Origin: an uncultured Gammaproteobacteria bacterium
GTDB lineage: Bacteria; Patescibacteriota; Microgenomatia; UBA8517
Length of the DNA stretch: 64,000 bases
NCBI GenBank assembly: GCA_964600575.1
Contig: CAZRJH010000004.1
Coordinates: forward strand, 70,711-134,710
Direction of reading: 5' to 3'
In this document: in pieces, positions 53,301 to 62,300 of the stretch
How the letters are laid out: each line of letters begins with the position of its first letter
Numbering within the stretch: the stretch's first letter is position 1
Program-made: the position numbers and the translations under genes
The notes under the pieces: generated by a model
Told to the model about the DNA's origin: nothing
Databases searched by the model: none
What the model saw: the letters and a program-made list of their open reading frames with translations, nothing else

Positions 53301-56300
53301 GTTACAGGAAAAGCTTTAGTTAGGATTGACGAAACAGGTGATCAAAATCTTTTTGTAGCTTCGGCCTCGGGGGTTACTAAATTTACAATAGATAGGTCGG
53401 GCAATGTAGTTGCTTCCGGGACAATTGCGGCATCAAATTTTTCGGGATCCAGTAGCGGCACAAACACAGGCGACCAAACAATTACTCTTACGGGCGATGT
53501 AACAGGAACAGGAACGGGCTCTTTTGCAACAACAATTGCTGCTAACTCGGTGGCACTAACAACTGACACAACAGGAAATTATGTTGCAACCGGAGCGTCC
53601 GGAAACGGAGTTTCGTTAACCGGCGGCGGGTCCGAAGGTGCAACTTTAACAGCCAACTTAGGTTCTTTAACCGGAGATTGGGATCAGACTGGGGCATTTG
53701 ATATAGCACTCAATAACTCTTCTTCTGAATTAAAAATTCTGGAATCCGGGTCAACTCCCACTCTTTATGGTATTTTTGACATCGGAGATTTGAGTTCGAC
53801 AGATTCTACTTATACTTTCTCCGGAGGATCCGGGAATGTTCTTACGACAGCTAACTACACAGGCACTCTTGACTCGGTGTATGTAAACGTTGCCGAATCT
53901 CCTGCAGCTGGAGATGTTGCTGGCAGCTTCTCGGGAGGACTTACTTTAAATTCAAACACAGTTGATGACTCCGAACTTGTGGACTCGCTTACATATACAG
54001 GTGCTTTTTCTGTAGGCAACCTTACGATTTCGGACACAAACATCCCCTTAACCGGATCTTCTTTAACTTTTGATTTTAACAATGCAAGCGATAGGACTTT
54101 GACAATTGCCAATGCAGGCGCAGGAACGGCAAATTTGTCTGTTGACGGCACAATTGCAGCCAGTAATTTCTCCGGCTCCAGTAGCGGAACAAACACAGGA
54201 GATCAAACTATTACTTTAACTGGAGATGTCACCGGGTCGGGAACAGGATCTTTTGCAACAACAATTGCCGCTAATTCAGTTGCGCTAACTACCGATACGA
54301 CGGGTAACTATGTACAAAGTCTAGCAAATGGTAATGGAATAACCGGTGCGGACGGCGGAGGAGAAGGTTCTGCTTTAACTTTGGCAGTGGATCAAACTTT
54401 CGGATTTACATTAACAGGAAATAACACTTTCTCACCAAGCTCAACCAATGATCTTACAATTAATACCGATGCAGACTCAACTTTGGCTCAAGTATTTTCT
54501 AGCTCAACAAACAATACAAGTTCAAATACTGTTTCTTTGACCAACTCTGCCTCAAGCGGAACGATTGCAGTTAAAGGCTTAGATTTTACATTTACGGGAA
54601 CAGACAATGCGGGCGGTGCAAACACAATCACAGGCATTAATTTCGCAAACGCAACTGCCCATACAAATAATACTTATAACGGGCTCACATTCGGTACTGG
54701 TTACACAAACTTTTTAACAAGTGGAACTATTGATATTTCTGCAGATGGAACAATAACTGGTTCAACAATTGCAGCAGGAAGTAACACAATAACAGGACTT
54801 ACAAATTCAAATCTTTCTGGAAGCGCAGGAATCACAAACGCCAACTTGGCGAATAGTTCAGTAACGATAAACTCAAGCGGAATATTAACAGGCGGCGGAT
54901 CAGTTTCTTTGGGAGGAAATATAACATTAACTGCAACAGAAGCAGACACATTAGCCAGCGTAACAGGAAGAGGAGCAACAACTTCTACTGCATTAACACT
55001 ATCTAACGCATCAAACAGTATCACTGCAGGAACTTTGACGGCAACAGGTGGAACTATAAACGGAACAGTGATTGGCGGTTCAACACCTGCTGCTGCAACA
55101 TTTACAACTCTAAATTCTAACGGGGATACAACTTTGGGAGACGCAATAACAGACAACATTACATTTACAGGCCGTGTTGCACAGGATTCTGACCTTTTGC
55201 CTATAACAACAACAGGAACAAACGATTTGGGAAGCGGGTCTCTGCCCTGGGACAACATTTATGCAAATGCCATAACTCAAAATGGAAATCTGGTCTGTGA
55301 TGCAAGCGGCGCCAACTGCCCTGCGGGTGCAGGTTATTGGGCGCAGGCAAACGGGGCAATCAACCCAACAAACAATTCAGTTGATTTGTTGATTGGTGGA
55401 AATGCGACAACTTCTGCCAAGTTCGCTTTCCAAAATGTTCTTACAGGCACTCCCACTGCAAGTATTTCCGGCACAACTGCAAATGTTTCAACATTTTTAA
55501 CAGGTGAAGGAAATCTGGCAACTACAAACATGCAACCTTTAACAATTGGTGGATCTACAACAGGTTCGGTTCAAATTAACCCCAAGGGATCCGTAGGACT
55601 ATTTGTAAATGGTGGCGGGTCGGTAGGGGTAGGATCAACATCTGTCACCTCGGGTTACCTTTTGGATGTTGCAGGGAATATTAGATCTTCTAATCAAGTC
55701 TTTGGAGATGGTGGTTCGTTTGTGTCATTTAATGCGGCAGGCGCATATTTGGGAGACACCAACTACGCAGCAGGCGGAGGGATTGGTTATGGTGCAAGCA
55801 AAACTCAAATTTGGGCAGGGAGCGGGTTCCCACTCACATTTGGAACCGCCGGAACTGAATACATGAGGTTGAGTTCAAATGGTGGTTTGTCGTTGGGGGC
55901 TTCGTATTTAACCACCGACGCTGGTGCTGGGAATATGATAGTTACAGGTACGGCTGGTTTTGGAACATCGGGACCTGATGCAAAAGTTGATTCTCTGTCA
56001 ACCTCAGGTGAACAATTAAGGCTAACCTATACAGATGGGTCGGTTTATGCAGGCTTTACAGTTGGTAGTGGGGGTGACTTAACGATTGCACCATCTGGTG
56101 GTGACACAAATGTTACAGGTAATTTGGCAGCAACAGGCACAGTAACCGGATCCAACTTAAGCGGTACCAACACAGGTGACCAGACAATTACCCTTACTGG
56201 TGATGTGACAGGAACAGGAACAGGCTCTTTTGCAACAACGATTGCCGCTAATTCAGTTGCATTAACAACAGATACAACGGGTAATTATGTACAAACGTTA

Positions 56301-59300
56301 ACCAACGGCGCGGGTATTTCCGGTGCGGACGGCGGAGGAGAGGGATCTGCCTTAACTTTGGCGGTAGATCAAGGATTTTCACCCACTTGGACAGGTAGCC
56401 AAACATTTAGCCCGGGTTTAACGAATGCAATTGATATTAACTTGGACTCCGATTCGTTACTAACAATAGATCAGAGTTTTACAGGAACAACAACCGCCAA
56501 TAGCTCCACTCTAACGCTGACAAATACAAGTTCCAGCGGAACACAAAACGGTTTGTACGTAGACAATGCCGCTTCAAGCGGAGTAACAGAATCACTCTTG
56601 GTTCTTGATAATTCTGATACCGATACAGCTGTAACAAACGGAATACAATTTGTTGACGCAGGTGGCACGTTTACCAACCTCTTTAATGTCGCAGGTACAC
56701 TTATAAGCTCTTCCGAATTTACGATCTTGGACGGTGGAATTGCACTATCCGAACTTACAGATAGCGGAACTCTAACTGCAGGAACGGTTGATATCAACGG
56801 CGGTGCAATTGACGGTACAACAATCGGGGGCACCTCTGCAGCCGCCGGAACGTTCACAAACCTTACTGCAACAGGAGACGTGACAATGAATGATTCATCT
56901 GCTGACACGATTCTTATTGGACAAAGCGGAGCCACAGATGACACTGTAACAATTGCGGGTAATATTTCTTTGACAGATGACCAATGGTCTATTTCTGCAA
57001 CTGGGGTGGCAACTGGAATAACCGGTATTACCGCCGATAGCGTTTCCTTTGCTAATGTAACTGGCGCAACTAATACTAATACTTTGGTAATTGGTTCGGG
57101 AGGGTCTTTGGCTACAAGCGGAACAGGAACAATTACGGCAACCGACCTAAGTTGTGCCGATTGTATTGGAGGGACAGAAATTGCAGATCTTACACTTGGA
57201 ACGGATACGGCAGGTAATTATGTGGCTTCCGTTGCAACCTCAACCGGGTTAACAGGTGGTGCAGGAGGGTCGGAAGGTGCCGGTTTAACACTTTCTATCG
57301 ATCAAAGCTCATCTTTGACATGGACGGGTAATACTGCATTTAGTCCTTCTTCTACAAACGATCTAACTGTTAATACTGATGCTGATTCAACATTGGCTCA
57401 GGTGTTTTCCAGCGGTACCAACAATACGAGTTCGGAGACGATTTCTTTAACCAACTCTGCATCAAGCGGAACAATTGCAGTTAAAGGTTTGGACTTTACA
57501 TTTACAGGCACAGACAATGCGGGTGGTGCAAATACAATCACAGGCATTAACTTTGGTAATGCAACAGCCCACACAAATAATACTTATAACGGACTTACAT
57601 TTGGAACAGGATATACAAACTTTTTGACTAGCGGAACAATTAATATAGCAGCAGGCGGCACTATAACAGGTGCAACATTGGCCGCGGGAAGTAACACGAT
57701 TTCTGGACTTACAAACTCCAACTTATCAGGATCTGCGGGAATCACAAATGCCAACTTGGCAAATAGTTCAGTAACGATAAACTCAAGCGGAATATTAACA
57801 GGTGGCGGATCGGTGTCTTTGGGTGGAACCCTCAATTTAACTGCAACAGAGGCCGATACTTTGGCAAGCGTTACAGGCCGGGGGGCAACAACATCAACAG
57901 GAATTACACTGTCTTCCGCAAGTCCGCTCACACTAAGTAATTCCGCTCCGGTTATTACTTTGGGTGCGGGGGATGCAAACGGAACTCTTACCATCAAAGA
58001 TAGCGCAGGTTCCCCTAATACCTTATTAACACTCACCGATACAGGAACTGTGGGCAACTTAGCGGCAACAGGAACGGTAACCGGATCCAACCTAAGCGGC
58101 ACCAATACAGGCGACCAAACAATTACCCTTACTGGTGATGTGACAGGAACAGGAACAGGCTCTTTTACAACAACAATTGCTGCCAACTCGGTAGCATTAA
58201 CAACAGATACAACAGGTAACTATGTACAATCGTTAACCAATGGCGCGGGTATTTCCGGTGCAGACGGCGGCGGGGAAGGTTCAACTCTTACGCTCGCGGT
58301 TGATCAAGCCTTTAGTCCAACATGGACAGGTGGCCAGACATTCACCCCGGGTAGCACGAATGGTATAGATATTAATTTAGATAACGATAGCTTGCTTACA
58401 ATCGATCAATCATTTTCCGGCACGACAACTGCAAATAGTTTAGCCTTAACTCTTACAAATACCAGCTCTTCTGGAACCCAGAACGGATTATATTTGGATA
58501 ATGCTGCAAGTAGCGGTGTCACAGAATCACTTTTAGTTTTAGATAACTCTGATACAGATACCGCAGTGACAAATGCCATCCAATTTGTGGACGCGGGTGG
58601 GACATTTACAAACCTATTTAATGTCGCGGGCACTCTAATAAGCTCATCTGAATTCACGATCTTGGATGGCGGGATAATACTTTCCGAACTCACAGACAGC
58701 GGAACATTGACGGCAGGTACGGTTGATATAAACGGTGGAGCTATCGATGGAACTACAATTGGTGGTACTTCAGCAGCGTCCGGTACATTTACAACATTAA
58801 CCTCGACAGGAACGGTTGACATTTCAAGTGACTCGGGTGCTGACACAATCACAATAGGACAAAGCGGAACAACCGATGACACTGTTACGATAGCGGGAAA
58901 CATTTCTTTAACGGATGATCAATGGAGCATTGGTGCTACCGGAGTTGGTGCTTTTGTAAGCGGAACAACAATCGGTTCTCAGACATTTACAACCAACAAC
59001 ATAGCTGATTCCGGAGCGTTAACAATTAAATCTGCCTCGGGTGCAAATGCATTAACTTTGGACTCCGGCACAACAGGAAATGTTAACTTGGGTACAAGTA
59101 ACAATGCAAAGACAATCGCAATTGGAACGGGTAATGCCGGAAATACTATAAATGTAGGAACTGACAATACAGTTTCTGACACAATTAATATTGGAAGTGC
59201 CTTGGATAATGTTTCCATTACAGGTGATCAATGGAGCATAACCGATGCCGGAGTTTTGACTGTTGCCAGTTGTACAGGCTGTGGAGGCGGGGGTGGAACA

Positions 59301-62300
59301 CTGCAACAGGCTTACGATGCCAGTAGCGGCAACACAATTCTTACAACAACAGGGCGAAACATTGCATTTACTTTAGGTGAAGTTGCATCACCTACATCAT
59401 TAACTTTAACGAACCAGGATACTGCCGGTGTAACTGCCTTAGCCTTAACAAATTCAATAACCTCAGGAACCCTTACAAATGGTATTTTAATAGATCAAAC
59501 AGGTGCAGGAACGCTTACATCCGCGCTTAAAATAGTTGAGTCTGCAGGAACTATAACCGACGGAATTGTTATTTCCGGCACACTTTCTAATATACTTAAT
59601 TCGGATTCGATCGATATAACGGGCGCGGGTGCCATAACAGGTGCAACGGGCATTTCTACAACTACACTAACCTCGACCGGAACATCAAATATCGGCAGCA
59701 ACTCAGGTGCGGTTACTTTGGATTCTACGGGCACAATAACTCTTAACGATGCTATCGTTTCGGTTGCCAATCAAGCCACCGATTTTGACATAATCGACAA
59801 TACGACCAATGCCTTTACTGTTTCCGAGGGTTCAAACAATTATATTTCCTTGTCTACAAACAACGGTGCACCCGTTGTAACCATAGACACTTTGGAAAAT
59901 GGCGGAACAATGAATTTTGGTTCGAGCAACTTCTCAAGGACTGTGAATATTGGTACAGGCACTGCCGCCGACACCGTAAACATCGCAACAGGTGGAACTA
60001 CGGCAGACGCAGTTACAGTTGGTAACACGGGAGTTGCAACTACATTTACATTTAACTCGGGTGCAACAACTCAATCTCCGGTTGTGTTTAATCTTGATGC
60101 ATTAACTCAAGGAACAGGAGTCGATCTATCTTTGGACGGACTAACAACAGGCTTGGGTCTAAAAGTGGACGACAATACGGGAGCAGGTCTTTCTACGGGA
60201 AGCTTGGTATATGTAAATTCCGTATCAACCGCTCTAACATCCCCAACAAACGGCGGAAGTTTAGCTTACTTTAACTGGAATCCTGCAAGCACAACAAATG
60301 CAACGGGTGATTTGGTAAGAATAAACATAGGATCAAACGGAAATGTTGCAAACTTATTTAATGTTACCGACAATGGCACATCTTTGTTTAGAGTTTCCGA
60401 AAGTCAAATAGAATCAGCCGTGCCACATTCATTTAGTGCGGTGGGAGATGTTTCCATTGCATACGACTTGATATTGTCCAATCAAACCTCATCTAACATA
60501 AAAGCCAAAGGACCTCTGACAATCGACGGCGGAGAACTTTTTGAATCGAACGATTTAACTCTTAAAACATACAACGCCGGAGATACGATAATTACGAATG
60601 GTACAAGCGGAAATATCGCAGCCTTTGGTTTTGATGCTATTGCGGGTGCATCCGGCAATTTCTTTAGCGTCAACCCGACACTTACAGCAATGGACGGATC
60701 CGATACAGTTAGGGGTGTTTATGTAAACTTGACGAATGCTAATCACACAGGTGCCAGCAACACCCTTAATTTAGTTGATATCGGCGCTATAACGGGTGAT
60801 GCCGAGTCCACTCTTAACGCTATCAATATCGGTGCCCTCACAGGAACTGCGGCCACAGAAACTGCAATAAACGTAGGATCTGGATGGGACACAATTCTTA
60901 GCGGAACAACTGCTGGTACAAATATATTCTCATTTACAAACGCAACCCTTACCTCAGGCGGCGCACTTACTGTCACATCTTGTTCGGGTTGTGGAGGCGG
61001 GGGTGGTGCGCTTGATACATTAACAGCAGCAACGGGTGACGATGCGGCATTGTTGTCTGCGGATAACACAATCGAATGGAATTGGGCACTCACATCCGCC
61101 ACTTCTAAAGGCATAACACTTGGCGAGAGCGCCGCTTCTACCGGAGGATCGGGAGATCAACATATTCTTAGACTTGATACAGCATCGGGTTCAACGGCCG
61201 GTCCTCTGGAGATAGTTTCCAACAGTGCAGACAGTGGTGATGTAGAAATTAATCTTAATTCTTCAGGTGATTTCGAAGTTCAGGATGCAGGTACAGCCTT
61301 TGCAACTTTTGCCGACGACGGAACAATTACTCTTGGCAAATCGGCCGCTGCCTCTACTGTAAATATCGGAACAGGAACGGGAATAGACACTATAAACATT
61401 GGAACAGGTGCAACGGCGGCAGACGCTTTAACATTTGGCAATACAGGAGTTGCAACTACATTTACATTTAACTCGGGAGCAACAACTCAATCTCCGGTTG
61501 TGTTTAATCTTGATGCATTAACTCAAGGAACAGGAGTCGATCTATCTTTGGACGGACTAACAACAGGCTTGGGTCTAAAAGTGGACGACAATACGGGAGC
61601 AGGTCTTTCTACGGGAAGCTTGGTATATGTAAATTCCGTATCAACCGCTCTAACATCCCCAACAAACGGCGGAAGTTTAGCCTACTTTAACTGGAATCCT
61701 GCAAGCACCACAAACGCTACGGGTGATTTATTCAGAATAAACATTGGCTCCAGCGGAAATACTTCGGGATATTTGTTTAATATTACCGATAACGGATCGT
61801 CACTCTTTGCAGTATCGGAAAATCAAATCGTATCTGCCTTGCCTCATAACTTTACCGCGGCTGGAGATGTTTCGGTTGCTTATGACTTAGTTTTCAGCAA
61901 TCAAACATCCTCCTTGATTGATAGTTACGGACCTTTAACAATTAGGGCGGGTGAGAGCTTTGAAAACAACAACCTAACGCTTACAACATTTGGCACGGGG
62001 GCAATAATTGCAGATACCAAGTTTTCTTTTGACTCGCAGTTGACCCTGCCGGATAATACAACACCTTCCGTAACCTCGGGAAATCACTATATCGAAGCCA
62101 ATTCGACAAACAGACTTATCACAAACTTCACAAACGGCACTTCGGGTCAGGTTATATTTATCGAAATTGGTACTGCCAACTTTGACCTTGACTGTACAAC
62201 ATCGAACATTAATTGTGGAACTACGGATATGACCGGTTTTGCGGCTGGTGACCAGGTAATGCTTATTTACGACGGAACAAATTGGAACCTCCTGGGTTGG

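Noticed and set aside
30440-61708. CRISPR array
   Set aside because: The repeats are long, in-frame protein modules with synonymous variation and irregular spacing; no cas genes.
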